From assembly GCF_030684315.1 (NCBI RefSeq), contig NC_081374.1, forward strand, positions 27,073,978 through 27,137,977: a DNA stretch of 64,000 nucleotides, read 5' to 3'. Source of the DNA: Stegostoma tigrinum. Lineage: Eukaryota. The notes beneath the pieces are model-generated. The model saw nothing but the letters and a program-made list of their open reading frames with translations. It was not told the DNA's origin and did no database searches. Of this stretch, positions 25,780 to 38,864 are shown piece after piece (the stretch's first letter is position 1; the number at the start of each line of letters is the position of its first letter). Both the position numbers and the translations under genes were made by a program.

Positions 25780-28340
25780 TTTTTTAAATTTAGAAAGGGA
25801 ATTAGGAGGACAAAGAAGAGCTATGAGATATCTATGCTAGGCAGGATCGAGGAATTCTCCAAGGTTTTTACAAGTATGTTAAAAAAGTAAGAAAAATTTA
25901 CTTGGAAAAGAGAGTGGGATCGAGAGATCAAGGGGCCGACCCGTGCAAGCAGCCAGTGGACAAAGGTAAAGTCTTAATGAATATTTCTCATCTGTATTAG
26001 AGGAAGAAAAAGACAATGTAGTCAGATTTCAGTTGGATAAATTCCCAGGGTGCTATGGGAGGAAAGGGAGGAGATTGCTGAGGGTCTGGCATTTATTTTT
26101 AGCTCATCGCTGGTCACAGGCAAAGTACCAGATGACAGGAGGATGGCTAATATGGTTGCTTTGTTCAAGAAAGGCAGCAAGGCTATACTAGATACTTATA
26201 GACCAGTTAGTCCGGCATCAGTGGTAGAGAAATTGTAAAATATTCTGAAGGACATGGTAATCAATATTTGGACAGGTAAGGATTGATCGTGGATTTGAAG
26301 AGGGAAACCTGTCTGACTAATTTAATTTATTTTTTTGAAAGGTGACTAAATATTTTGATGATGATTGAGCAGCTGATGTGGTTTATGTTGACCTCAATAA
26401 GGCCTTTGACAAGGTTCCACATGGAGGACTGGTCCAAAAGATAAGCCACTATGTAATCCAAGGCAAACTGGATTCAAAACTGGCTTTCAAATAGGAGGCA
26501 ACATGTGATGGAAGGGTTTTTTTTAAAATTGGCCACCTGTGACCAGTGTTGTGTCACAGGGATTGGTGCTGGGACCTTTGCTGCTTGTTATTCCCTTCAC
26601 AACTGGATGGAATGTACTAATTATTAAGTTTACAGAATACATGGAAATTAATGATCTTCATAGTGAGGATGGTGGTCTCAGGCTAGAGTCTGATTTTGAT
26701 CAGTTGGTAAACTGGGCAGAGCAACAGCAGGTAGAATTTATTTTTGATAAGTGCAAGGTGATGCATTATGCAATAAGAGAGCGATATACAAAATGAATAG
26801 TAAGTCCCTAGGGAGTACTGATGAACAAAGAGAAGGGTGTGATTTCACTGGGGAGTGCGCAGAAAAGATTCACCAGATTTCATAGGGAATATATCATATA
26901 AAATTAGGGAAGTTTCACTAAAACTATACAAAGCAAAGTAAGACCACAGCCCCTTGTCTAAGTAAAGGTGTACTGACAGTGGAGTTCACAGAAGGTTCAC
27001 TCAGCTGATATCAGGTATGGAAGGACAGTCTTACGATGAGATGTCAAGTGGTTTAGACCTGCACTTATTGGAATGTAGAAGATTGAATGGCAACCACAAC
27101 CTTATTGAAAGATCTAAGATTCTGACAGGTCTCAACAGGTTATTTGCAAAAAAGTAATTTTCCCTTGTGGGAGAATCCAGGGCCACAGCATACAATCTCA
27201 GAATAAGGGGTTGCATATTTAAGAGTACATGAAAGGAATTTCTTCTCTCAGTAGTCAATCTGTTGAATTCTTTACCACGGAGGCTTATCTAGGCTGGATT
27301 GTTAGTTTATTCAGGGTCGACAGACACATTTGTAATCAGTATGGGAATGTGGGGCTATGGAGAAAAGACAGGAAAGTAGTGTTAAGGATTATCAGATCAG
27401 CCATGATCGCAATGAATTGGGCAAATTGGCATAAGGAAGGACAAGGTATTAGAGGCTATGGCAGGCTTAAAGGCAGACAAATATCCAGGTGTGGATGAAT
27501 TGCATCCCAGGTTGTTGTGGGAGACAAGAAAGGAGATTGCAGGGGCAGTTACACAAATTTTGAAGTCCTCTCTAGCCAGAAGACTGGAAACCAGCTAATT
27601 TGATTCTGATATTTAAGGAGGGTTGAAGAAATAAGCCAGGAGACTATTAAAGAAAGACGCTCCTGTTCAGAATTTTCTCCACTTGGCAAGGGAAGACCAG
27701 GGATGTGGATGAGGGTACTGCAGTTGATGTTTATTGTATGGATTGCAGCAAAATCTTTGATAAAGGTCCCACAAAGGAGACTTACAAAGAATGCAAATAC
27801 ACATGGAATAGAGGATAATTTGATGAAGTGGATTCAAAATTGGCTCTGTTGTCAGAGACAGAGGTCGACGATAGAAAGCTGCTTTGGTGACAGGAAGCCA
27901 GTGTCCAGCGGCATACCACAGGGGTCTGTACTGGTGTCCTATGTCATTTATAGAACTACAAATAATAGGTGATTGCATGGGGGTTGGATTAGTAAGTTTG
28001 TGGGCCATATAAAGATTGGTCAGGTAGTTAACGATGAGGTTGAGTACCCTAGGATACAAGATGTGAATGGGATGGTCAAATGGGCAGGTAAGTGACAGTT
28101 GGAATTCAACCCAGAAAGAGAGAGAAATGATACACCTTGGAAGGAGTAATTTGACAAGGAAGTATTCAGCGAACATCATGACATTCGGAAGTTCCATGGA
28201 ACAAAGGGACTGTAGTGTATTTGTCATAGATCTCCAAAAACACAAGGAGCATGCTAGTAGGGTGGTGAAAAAGATTGGGTCATTTGCCTCTCTCAAGTGA
28301 GGCATTGATTACAAAATCAGAGAAGTCATGATGGAATTAT
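25780..28340 (+). mobile_element. Tandem decayed CR1 ORF2 fragments
   Basis: ANMVALFKKG..YRPVS, KAFDKVPH, SQGLVLGP, WIQNWL and GIPQGSVL motifs in broken frames. Confidence 0.8.
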
Positions 28341-29783
28341 GACATCAGTTATGAAGTTATGACTTTCTTTTTCAGTATTCTAGATACCGTCAGTACCAAG
28401 ATGCTGTCTAATACAGGCCGATGACAACACACAAGATGTTTGTAATTTAATACCTCTTCTACAGGCCACAAAAGAAATTTAAGAAATAGCCCAATCCAGC
28501 TGCTATTTGGATCTTTGAGCAAGACTATCACTGACATTCTATCTGAAATTGCCCCCATACATCCAAATTCCCCATGTACAATGCGAATTGAATATACACA
28601 ACAATTGAGCATCAGATCTCTGAGGCACAGAATTCCAAAGATATTTGATGACAGAAATTTTTGTCATATCCATTCTTAGTGGCATACTTATCTTGAAACT
28701 GTGTTTGTCATAGATTCCCCAGGCAAGGGAACATTGCTTCAACTTCTGTCCCTGAAGAATTTGTGTTTTCCAATTAAATCACCTCTCATTCTTCTATAAC
28801 TCCATGGAATAAAGACCTAATCTAATCCTCACTGTACATCATACCAGAAGCGCTACACCAGAGATTTTCAGAACTGCCTGAAGAATTAGTAAGAAATGTT
28901 ACAAACAAGGAGAAAGTAGAATAAGTGCTTTAGCAGCTTAGTGTGTGCAATAGTGACATAATTTTAAAAAACTCATGAAATATTGCAAAAACATGTAGAT
29001 TTCTCTGCTGAAATTAGGATTATACAACTTAGTTTTCAGAATAAAAGTTTTGGACATGACAATTTCAATGGTGAAATAAAATTTAACCTTAAATATCAAA
29101 ATGTCTACAAGACTGAATTTGTTTGTAATTACCATCAAGCCCAGCAGTGACAGAAGTTGAATTAGCATGCATACTCAAATGAGTCACTGATTTATATTTA
29201 ATTAAAATATTAACAAAGATTAAATGCAGAGATCATAATTCTGAACAGCTTTTTGAATTTTATATAGGTTGTACTCTAACATTAAAATTTTTCTGCAGTG
29301 TCTGTGAATATTTACTGCAACATTTACATCCAAAGGAAACCAAGTGTGATGAGAGAAAACTACTGCTTAATCAATTGCTCTGCTTAACGCACTGCCGGTT
29401 TCCTGTCTCCTAAAAGACTTAACAATACTGATGACAGTATTTTGTTCCCACTTTTGTGGGGGAAAAAATGAATTAAATAGCACAGAAACATTTGGCTCAA
29501 ATGAAATGCAGTTAAGCACTCAGGACAGAATCCTCAAAAGAAAAATCTTATTTCTTTTAAACTGAGGGTTGAAGCATTGATTCAACATTTCATTATTTCA
29601 GCAAAATAGTTTTACTGATGTTCGACTAAAAAAACCCATTTCAGGTTTAGAACAGGTCAAAATTAAGAACTACAGTGGCATGTAGCTCTACTTTCTAATT
29701 TCTTATTCCCTGAATTTCTTTTCACTTTCTAGTCTGCACTTTAAACTAACTCGTCATCTCAAAATAAGACTGCCAAGACCTAT

Positions 29784-29927
29784 GATAACTAGGTGTGGGG
29801 CTGACATTTCGTCTAAGCCTGAAACATCAGCCTTCCTGCTCCTCTGATGCTGCTTGGCCTGCTGTGTTCATTCAGCTCTAATCTTGTTATCTCAGATTCT
29901 CCAGCATCTGCAGTTCCTACTATCTCT
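29784..29927. mobile_element. Short PLE family A terminus with a ~20-nt inverted arm
   Basis: Left stub gataactaggtgtggggctg is the reverse complement of cagctctaatcttgttatc. TSD ctgccaagacctat 29770-29783 / ctgttaagacctat 29926-29939. Confidence 0.8.
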
Positions 29928-31589
29928 GTTAAGACCTATCATGGATTTTACTACATTTAATATATCCATGGATTTGCTGTACTGGCAAATGTGTATATGA
30001 TAATAATAGCAAATAAATGTATGTGCATTCACCACAACACATCACAGCATCTCAGGGCATCATGGGCTGATTGCAAATGATGAAACAACATTACTAGACA
30101 AGCTGACTTATCAACTCACCAGTACCATCCAGCAATGTGACCCAAACACCACCACAAGCACATTAAACAGTACCCCAAGAAATGCCCTGCCAAATGGATA
30201 TTGGATCCTTCAGCAGCTGTCACTCTGAAAAAAAACTACTTTAGATGGTGCTCATCATCATAACCAATTGTGTGAAAAGAAAGTAAGTGACTAACACAAA
30301 TGAGATATCATGCAAAATCAATGCCACAGATAGAGAAGAAATCTAATTTGCAGGCAGAACTAATTTGTCATACTCTTTAATTTCAGTTAAACAATGCATT
30401 AGTTGCCCACAATTAGCTTCCCAATGTTGCAGTCAAAAAAATCACTTAAATTTTCGTATTTCCAAAATGAAAACACCCACGATCTGCTTCTGCACAGCGA
30501 CTTGTTAAGTTTAAAATACTCAGTATTGACACCCAAGCTTCTCAAATCAGAGCGTTGGTAGAACATCAGGACTATTTCAGCCACTGACCCAAGCAGTGAA
30601 GGGTATTCTTTTACTTGCATGATGAATATTGTAGACAGATAGGCATCTATCGGAAGCGTAATGAAATCAATATTTGTGATGCTCAGCACTCGCGTTTACA
30701 TATATATGCACATTTTCCATTTGTGTTTCTGTTTGTTCATAAGGAACCTTAGAGGGTCAACAATCTCAAACTTGACCAAATTTTGTCACTCATCTTTTCA
30801 CATTTTTTCAATTGGTAGAAATGATCCACCTCATTTGTATAAGTCCTTCCGCAACACTACCCAACTCTGTAAGCATCTAGTTCCATACTCCAGCCGTCAT
30901 TGCTGCAGTTAGGCTCCTATTGACCCCACAATTCTACTCCACTGCTAATGGTAGCATTTCATAGTTTTAAACAAAAGCCGTTAGCGAAGAATGTGAATTT
31001 AAGGCTCACGTTAGGTTGAAAAGGATCGCAAGATTCATATTTAATACTCATATACAAAAATAAGAAACTATCCAAATTGTGCAAATCATTAAGTTATAAA
31101 CTGCTATCAAACTACTCGTTATTTCAGTACTGTGCCTATATGGCGAAGCAAGCTACAAAAGGGTCGAAAGCAATGCCGTTCAACAATAGAATTTAGTCAA
31201 TAAAAGTATTCCCATGAAAATGAAACTTGCAACTATAAATGCAATAAAGAGCAATTATTGTGGTTAAGAGACAATCGCTGTATCGACTGAAAGGATTAGA
31301 CATGCTATCAATATACCACAGGGTTTAGAATCAATCCACAAGGGAAACTGATCGGTTAAAATCCAATGGCTTTTCTTAATAAAAACCGGAATTAGAACTA
31401 TACAGTAAACTTTCACTGCTGCTTTACCCCTTTTGTTGCACACGGTAGGCGGCCTCAACAGTGGAGAAAACCAATGCATCATGCAAAAAGTTACTGAGCA
31501 ATTTGTTTTTGACTAGAGTTGAACACGTTTTGTCAAGCCCGCTTAAAGATTTTGCACACAGAAAACGTTAAAAAGTGCAATGCGTGCAC

Positions 31590-32480
31590 CATAGCGTGCG
31601 GGAGTCCCAATGAAACAGACGCCAAACATCCTAATGGCTCATGAAGAAAGTGCGGGCCTAGCTAGGCCTGCAGGGGTGCACAGCTGGCAAGGCTGCTTGC
31701 AGCTCTTGCACAACTTTCCCACAACTTGGGGCAAAAACAGAAACCTGTGCGCGGCTCCGGGAAAAATTAAAATAATTGAAACCAGCGGCGGCACACGTAC
31801 CAGACGGAGCCGTAAGCCCCAGATCCGACGGGAGAGAGGTTCTGGTATCTCTCCGGCACTTCCCAGATTGTCTTATTCAACTCTTGCTTGTAAAAGTGCG
31901 GCCTGACTCCTGACATTGTGCAGGGAGGCTGTTCTCCTCTCTTAGAAAAGGGGAGGGTCGGAGGTGGTTGAGGGAGGCGGGTGGACGGAGAGAGGAAGGG
32001 GAAGGCGTCAGGGTGCGGAGAGGAGTTGCTGCAAAGAAGAATTTAAAATTTTGAAAGAAACCGCCCGTTCCGTATCTCAAAAACGACTGACTTGAGGAGG
32101 TGGGCGGGGCTGTTATGTTACTCCTTTTTACAATCCCGATGTGGAGAAAGTAAAATCCATTCAAATGAAGTGGATCTGTAACATCAACACCCCCCACGGG
32201 GAATGGCATCTGACACCCGACGGCTCGAGCTGCTCCACTTCCCTCTTCGGACGCGCTGGCGTCATAGGCCCCGCCCACAGCCGCGCGCCCTTATGCGCGC
32301 GGTATGGTTCGGTCATTGCGTTATATCATTCGCCCACACCCCGGGCGTCGGCGGAGCGCGGATAGACGGGCACGCGGCTCCGTCCTCCCAACGGCCAGTG
32401 CTGTTGTTCGGCCTCATTCGTGCCTTTCCGTTTCGCTGCTCACTATCCTTCCGTTGTCGGCTGCTGTATATCGAACGCTT
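31590..32480 (-). promoter_or_regulatory. CpG island / TATA-less promoter and 5' UTR of MAPK14
   Basis: Only strongly CpG-rich stretch in the window, spanning exon 1. GC boxes at ~32102 (GGGCGGGGC) and ~32269 (CCCCGCCC). Boundaries by eye; TSS not determinable. Confidence 0.85.
31801..31916 (-). CDS. MAPK14: p38-alpha MAP kinase, coding exon 1 (116 nt): [38 protein letters not shown](C)
   Basis: Manual translation of the minus strand from ATG at 31916. Near-identical to the p38-alpha N-terminus including the GSGAYG glycine loop. Donor TG|GTACGT at 31800. Lies in a CpG island. Not in the ORF track. [13 protein letters not shown] favours MAPK14 over MAPK11. Confidence 0.95.
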
Positions 32481-32491
32481 GCGTTTTAATA

Positions 32492-32592
32492 GAAACAAGA
32501 AGAAATTGCAGATGCTGGAATCCAACGTAGACAAACAGGAGGCTGGAAAAACATAGCCGGCCAGGCAGCATCTGGAGGAAAGGAGTAGTAAC
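32492..32592 (-). mobile_element. PLE terminal fragment at the upstream edge of the CpG island
   Basis: aattgcagatgctggaatc...gctggaaaaacatagccggccaggcagcatc resembles the PLE 3' termini elsewhere in the window. Confidence 0.6.
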
Positions 32593-33394
32593 ACAGAAAG
32601 CCAGGCAGTATAGTCTAACATGCCACTGACACTGTGGAGGTGCCGCTGAAAAATGATTTGTGGCAGAGACAGACAGACAGGCACAAGAGCACAAACGACG
32701 CATTGAGTTATTGCCCGCACAGGTGCAAAAGGATAGCTGTTAAGTTGTGAATTTTAAATCTGAGGCCGATAGGTTTTTGTTCGCGAAGATTGCCTGGGAC
32801 GATCGCAGATAAGATAACAACGTTTAGGGGGCATTTACACAGACACACAGTCAGAGAATAGACAGATGAGATGAGTATAGAATGGAATCATGGTCAGCAC
32901 AGACTTGATGGACTGAGGCATGTGTTCTTATGTTACATTGTTGTATGTTCTATATATTGAGGGTTAAGGGACTAGGTCACTGAACCAGACATGGCTTCAT
33001 CTATAGGCTTACTAGGCTGAGGTGAATTTGATTGCCTTTTCCTGCCCCTATATAACTTTTATAGTCTAATTTTGCAAAGATCAGTTGCTGGATTGAGATT
33101 AATGAATTTATAGCAAGCTGCATTAGACGTACCTGTATGCAAGTATTACTATATAATATATAAAGACTGGATGTCATATCGAACACTTGCCATTTTATAT
33201 TTTTATTAATACTCTGTCCTACATTTCTATTGTGGATTCATTGTAGGTAGGGTTGAGAATAAATACAGCACACTTACAATTCCCTACATTTAGTGAGACA
33301 ATATAAGTAAGCATGCACACTGTTGGAGAAACTGATGATCATCTGGTGTAGTTTGCATCATACTGCAGACTGTCTGCAAGTTTGAATTCCTGAT

Positions 33395-34275
33395 ATCCAA
33401 ACTGATAGGTCCCGCACCCCGCACCAGTTGTTTATGTCTCCTACCCAAGATCATAAATCCAACTGACGACCCATTGTCTCTGCCTACTCCGGCTGCATTG
33501 AGCTCACCTCCCACTATCTTGATTCCATCTTTTCCCCTTTGGTCCAGGAACTCCCCACCTACATTTGGGACAATCCACACCCTCCACCTTTTCCAAACCT
33601 TTCAATTTCCCACCACCCAATACCTCAACTTCACTGTGGGTATGCAGTCTCTGTACACCTGTTTTTACCACAATAATAGCCATAAAGGACTCCACTTCTT
33701 CGTCACCTGTAGGGCCACACAATCCTCGTCCACTGACACTCTCATTCACCTGGCAGAACTGGTCCTCACCCTCAACAATTTTCCTTTGACTCCTCCCACT
33801 TCATGCAAAATAAAGGGGTGGCTATGGGCACTGACATGGGCCTGATTTATGCTTGCCTCTTTGTAGGATTTGTGGAATAGTCCCTCTTCAGCAATTACAC
33901 CGGCGCCATCCCCCATGTTTTTCTCAGTTATATTAATGATTGGTCCTGCCTCATGCTCCCGGGAGGAGCTCAAGCACTTCATCAGCTTCGCCAGCATCTT
34001 CCATTGCACACTCAAATTCACTCGGACCATTTCTGGCACCTCTTCCCCCCCTGGACCTCTTCCTTTCCATCACCAAATAACCAGCTTACCAATGACATCC
34101 AATTCAAGCTCATTGACTCCAACATTTACATCTCCACTCGTCCACCCTCCTGCAAAAATTCTATCCCATACTCACAATTCTTCCACCTCCACCACATCTG
34201 CTGCCAGAATGAGGCATTCAACTCTAAGACTTCCCAGATATCCTCTTACTTTAGAGACTGTAGTCTCCCCTCTCC
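33395..34275 (+). mobile_element. Decayed PLE RT fragment
   Basis: LLPKIINP, MQSLYT, LAELVLTLNNF and PPSCKNSIPYSQF, homologous to 6950-7830. Confidence 0.85.
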
Positions 34276-36030
34276 TCAGGTCAGGAGCTGAGTGGACCTG
34301 GCGGAACCCAAATTGGGCGTCACTGAGCAGGTTATTGCTGAGCAGGTGTTGCTCGATAGTACTGTCAATGACACCTTCCATCAATTTACTGATGATTGAG
34401 AGTAGAGTGATGAGGTGGTAATTGGCCGGGTTGTATTTGTCCTGTTTTTTGTGTACCCCACATTACTGGGTAGAAACCAGTGTTGTAGCATTGCCAGAAC
34501 AGCATGGCTAGAGGAGCAGTAAGTTCCGGAGCGCGAGTCTTCAGTACTATTGCTGGAATGTTGTTTGGGCCTGTAGCCTTTGCAGAATCCAGTGTCCCCA
34601 TCCATTTCTTGATATCACGTGAAGTAAATCGAATTGGCTGAAGACTGGTATCTCTAATCCTGGGAACCACTGGAGGAGGCCAATATGGATCATCATTCAG
34701 CACTTGTGGCTGAAGATTTCTGTGAATGCTTCAGCCTCATCTTTTGCACTGATGTGCTAGGCCAGTGTGGATGGTGATTTTTGTTGTCCCTACTCCTCCA
34801 GTGAGTTGTTTAATTGTTTGTCGCCATTTACGAATGGATGTGGCAGGACTGCAGAGCTTAGAACTGATCTGTTGGTTGTGGGTTTGCTCAGCTCTGTCTC
34901 TCACTTGCTGCTTCCACTGTTTGGCATGCAAGTAGCCCTGTTCGATACCAGGTTGATACCTCATCTTCAGGCATGCCCTCCTACACTTTCCATTGGACCA
35001 GTGTTGATCCCCTGGCTTGATGGTAATGCCTGAGTTGTGGATATCTCGGGCCATGAGGTTACAGATTGTGCTGGAGTACAATTCTGCTACTATTGATGGC
35101 CTATGGTGTCTCATGGAATACCCAGTCTTGAGTTGCTAGATCTGAATGCAGTCTGCCCCATTTAGCAAAGTGATAGTGCCACACATCATAATGGAGATTA
35201 TTCTGAATGTGAAGGCAGGATTTTGTCTCCACGAGGACTGTGCAATGGTCACTCTTACCGATACTGTCATATACAGATGCAACTGCGGCTGGCAGATTGG
35301 TAAGGATGAGGTCAAGTGTGTTTTTCTCTCTTGTTGGTTCCCTCACCACCTGCCGCAGTGCCAATCTAGCAGCTATGTCCTTTAAGGCCCGACCAGTTCG
35401 ATCAGTAGTACTGCAGCTGAGCCATTCTTGTTGTGGACAATGAAGTTCCTCACCCAGAGTACATTTTGTGCCCTTGCTATCCTCAGTACTTCCTCCAAGC
35501 GTTGTTCAACGTGGAGGAGTACTGATTCATCAGCTGAGGGAGAATAGTACATGGTAATCAGCAAGAGGTTTCCTGAAGCCATGAGGCTTCATGGGGTCCG
35601 GTGTCAATGTTGAGGACTCCCATAGCAACTCTCTCTTGACTGTAACCAGTGTGCCACCACCTCTGCCGAGTCTGACCTGCTGGTGGGACAGGACATTTCC
35701 AGGCATGGTGACGGTGGTGTCTGGAACATTGTCTGTAAGATATGATACAGTGAGTATGACTAAGTCGGGCTGTGTCTAAACGATCTGTGAGACGGCTCTC
35801 CTAACATTGTCACTAGCCCCCAGATGTTAGTGAGGAAGACTTTGCAAGGTCAGCAGGGTTATTTTTGCCATTGTCTTTCCTGGTGCTTTGGTCAATGTCA
35901 GGTAATCTGCCCAGTTTCATTTTTTTAAGATGTTGTACCGACTGGCAGAGCTGAGTGGCTTGCTAGGCCATTTCAGAGGGTAGTTGAGAGTCAGCCACAT
36001 TACTGTGGGTCTGGAGTCACATGTAGGTCA
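34276..36030 (-). mobile_element. CR1/L2-group LINE: AP endonuclease and N-terminal RT, 3' truncated
   Basis: LRQVVREPTREKNTLDLILTN...GKSDH (APE), KATGPNNIPAIVLK and AQFGFRQVHSAPDL. Confidence 0.85.
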
Positions 36031-36423
36031 GTGTTAAATGACAACAGTGAATCCACATGAACAAGGGAATTTGCTGCCAAATCTATTAGGCTGTGAGGTG
36101 CAGAGTCCTCGACACAGTATTAAATTATGCCCTTCTCAAGGTCGACAGGGTTGCTCTTGTCGTCTTTTCCGACATCTAGGTCGATGCCAGGTAATCTGTC
36201 TGGTTTCATTTCTTTGAGACGGTGTAGCAATTGGCATAACTGAGTGGCTCGCTAAGCCATTTCAGAAGGCAGTTGAGAGGCAACCACATTGCTGTGGGTC
36301 TGGAGTCACATGTAGGCCAGTGTTAAATGACAACAATGAATCCATATGAACGAGGGATTTTGCTGCCAAAAATTTTCGGCTGTGTGGTGCAGAGACCCCG
36401 ACACAATGTCAAATTATGCCCTT
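35870..36423. repeat. Imperfect ~290-bp tandem duplication
   Basis: 35870-36134 and 36159-36423 align, e.g. ctgtgggtctggagtcacatgtagg.cagtgttaaatgacaac and aaattatgccctt in both. Confidence 0.85.
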
Positions 36424-36689
36424 TGTCTACATTCACAATTAGATTGGATGTGTGGATTAAGTAAAAATATGGAAGGATGCGTGAACAGAGTGAGTAAATC
36501 TGATCAGAATTACTTGCTTTTGTTTAGGATAAACAACATAGAGTGTTTGGGTTTGGTGAATTGTTTTCATGTTGTTTCCTGTGTATATTTCTAGCTAAGT
36601 AGATTTTAAGTGTCTGTCACTATTTAAAATTTCACTGCCATTGAACTTTGCAAGTGCGTTGTTTTATCTTTGATCATGCAACAACAAAA

Positions 36690-37715
36690 ACAAGTTGTAT
36701 CTATATAACAGTAAGGCATTCCGAGGTGCTTCACAGAAGTATTATCATTCAGAATTTTATACCAAACCACAGAACAAGGAAGTAGGACAGATGATCAAAA
36801 GCTTGGTTAAGGAACATCTCACAACAGGGAAAGAGGTCAATAGAAATCAAGGTTTCAAAACCCAAGATTTTTTAAACTTAGCAGCTGAAGTAGTAGAGCA
36901 GTTAAAATTCATGATGCACAAGAGGGCATAATTAGAAGAATGCAGGTATCTCTGAGGTTTGAAGGGCTGGAGGGGTGACAGATATTTGAAAACTTGCAAA
37001 AGAATTTTAAAATTAAGCCAGCGATTAACTGGAAGAAAATGTAAGTCAGTGCCCACAAGAGGTGAATGAGAGTTGATGTGAGTTAAAATAAGCATAGCAG
37101 AGTTTTGAATGAGTTTAAATTTAAGGAGGTCGGAAAGTAGGTAGCTGGAGTTCATTGAAACAATCAAGTCTAAGAGTAGCAAAGGACAGGATGAATGGTT
37201 CAGCAATGCACAAACTGAGATAAAGACAGAATGGAGCCATTAGTATGGAAGTGGAAATAGGCAGTCTTAGGGGTGGAACAAAAGTATAGATAGATACTTA
37301 CCTTGTGTAAAATACTCTGTCGAGGTTGTGCACCATCTCCTGCAACCCCAAGAAGAATTGAGTCAGCGGCTAGCAAATGAGTTTTATAGCAGAGCTGAAG
37401 TCATTTTGTGATCTAATGAATCATTACTAGACACAAAACATTAGTTCTGCTTTCTTCCCACAGATTCTGTCAGACTGCTGAGGTTCACCAGTAATTTCTG
37501 TTTCTGTACAAGTTCATTTTCAGCTTTCCTAATAATTATTTGAAAGAAATTTCTGCTTGCCCAGTATTGGCTGTTAGACATGCAATCAGCCAACTTGAGA
37601 TAATTGAAGGGTTGAGAGGCTGTGTAGGGATAGAACTTGGTGTCATTGACATACATGGGGAAAATGGCATTATGTTGTCAGATGATTTCAGGGGCAGTAC
37701 ATGGATGAGAAATAG
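36690..37715 (-). mobile_element. Decayed L2 LINE 3' fragment with a small PLE-like insert at ~37440-37507
   Basis: MYVNDTKFY (YADDTQLY) and KLIQNSAMLILT...DLHFLPVNRWLNFKILL, a typical L2 ORF2 C-terminus. Confidence 0.75.
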
Positions 37716-38300
37716 AAGCCTATCCTTTAAATATTTCTGAACTACATGTTTGAAAAACGCATATATTTCATATATTGCAAAATGTTATAAAGAAAATGCT
37801 TGACTGTTTTGATATCAAAGCAAACGGTTTTTGAATTGGGTGGGATTGTTGGAATTTCATAATTCTAAAATTATTCCATTTTCTGATCCAGACATTTTTA
37901 ACGTAGCTTTACAAATTGGCACATTATTGCAGGAATTTGTTTTCTATATTATTGTACTGAAATCTCTACCATATAAAACAGTATGTGGAAATTTTCTGGA
38001 TTAAGTAAGCCCCTTTTAGCTATCAATTGACAGGTGTTCATTAACAAGTCATTACATAACAATTCATTAATTTGGAAGCAAACTTTCAGTTTTCAAATAA
38101 CTAATTACTGTTCACTGCGACATTGAAATCTGTTCTTTATCCCTTCCTATATTTAAGCTGATGTTAAAACTTCAGCAGAATGTCACATATTGGAATTGAT
38201 TTTAAAAAGTGTATGTAGAACTTGAACAGATCTGAGTAGTTCCTCAGTTTTATGTTCATTTCTCCTTTCATCCTCTCCAAAAAACAATAATTTCATTGTT

Positions 38301-38611
38301 ACAGAGATAGTAGGAACTGCCAAAGCTGGAGAATCTGGGAATACAAGGCGTAGAGCTGGATGAACATGGCAGGCCAAGCAGCGTTGGACGAGCAGGAAAG
38401 CTGATGTTTCGAATCAAGACCCTTCTTCAGAAATGGGGTAGGAGAAGGGGATTCTGAAATAAATAGGGAGAGGGGGCAGTGCGGATAAAAGATGGATAAA
38501 GGAGAAGATAGCTGGAGAGGAGACAGGCAGGTCAAAGAGGCGGGGTTGGAGCCAGTAAAGGTGAATGTAGGTGGGGAGTTAGGGAGGGGATAGGTCGGTT
38601 CAGGGAGGATG
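38301..38611 (-). mobile_element. PLE family A single-arm terminus with full 3' end
   Basis: TSD atttcattgtt 38290-38300 / 38612-38622. Hammerhead-like CTGAAGAAGGGTCTTGATTCGAAACATC. Confidence 0.85.
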
Positions 38612-38864
38612 ATTTCATTGTTGTCTGTTTTACTTCAACATTTAGACTGTATATTCACAATCACTGGATTACTATTTGTTGTGTAGCAACTTTTGGCCTT
38701 TGATTAATATTCTTTTTACATTGTTTATGAACCATACTTTTGCTTCATGAACTAATTGGTGAGCCTATTATCATGCATTCATATTCGTATGAAAAATGTC
38801 TGTACAATATTCTTCTTCCTCAGTTTTAATTACATACAGTACTACCTTTTATATTGTATATTTA

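Noticed and set aside
27667-28305. 212-aa minus-strand ORF
   Set aside because: Antisense to decayed CR1 ORF2; no independent coding signal.
31877-32278. 133-aa minus ORF overlapping the MAPK14 start as a regulatory uORF or gene
   Set aside because: Non-ATG start, GC-rich low-stop sequence and no recognisable domain. Its in-frame ATG lies beyond the proximal GC box and may not be transcribed.
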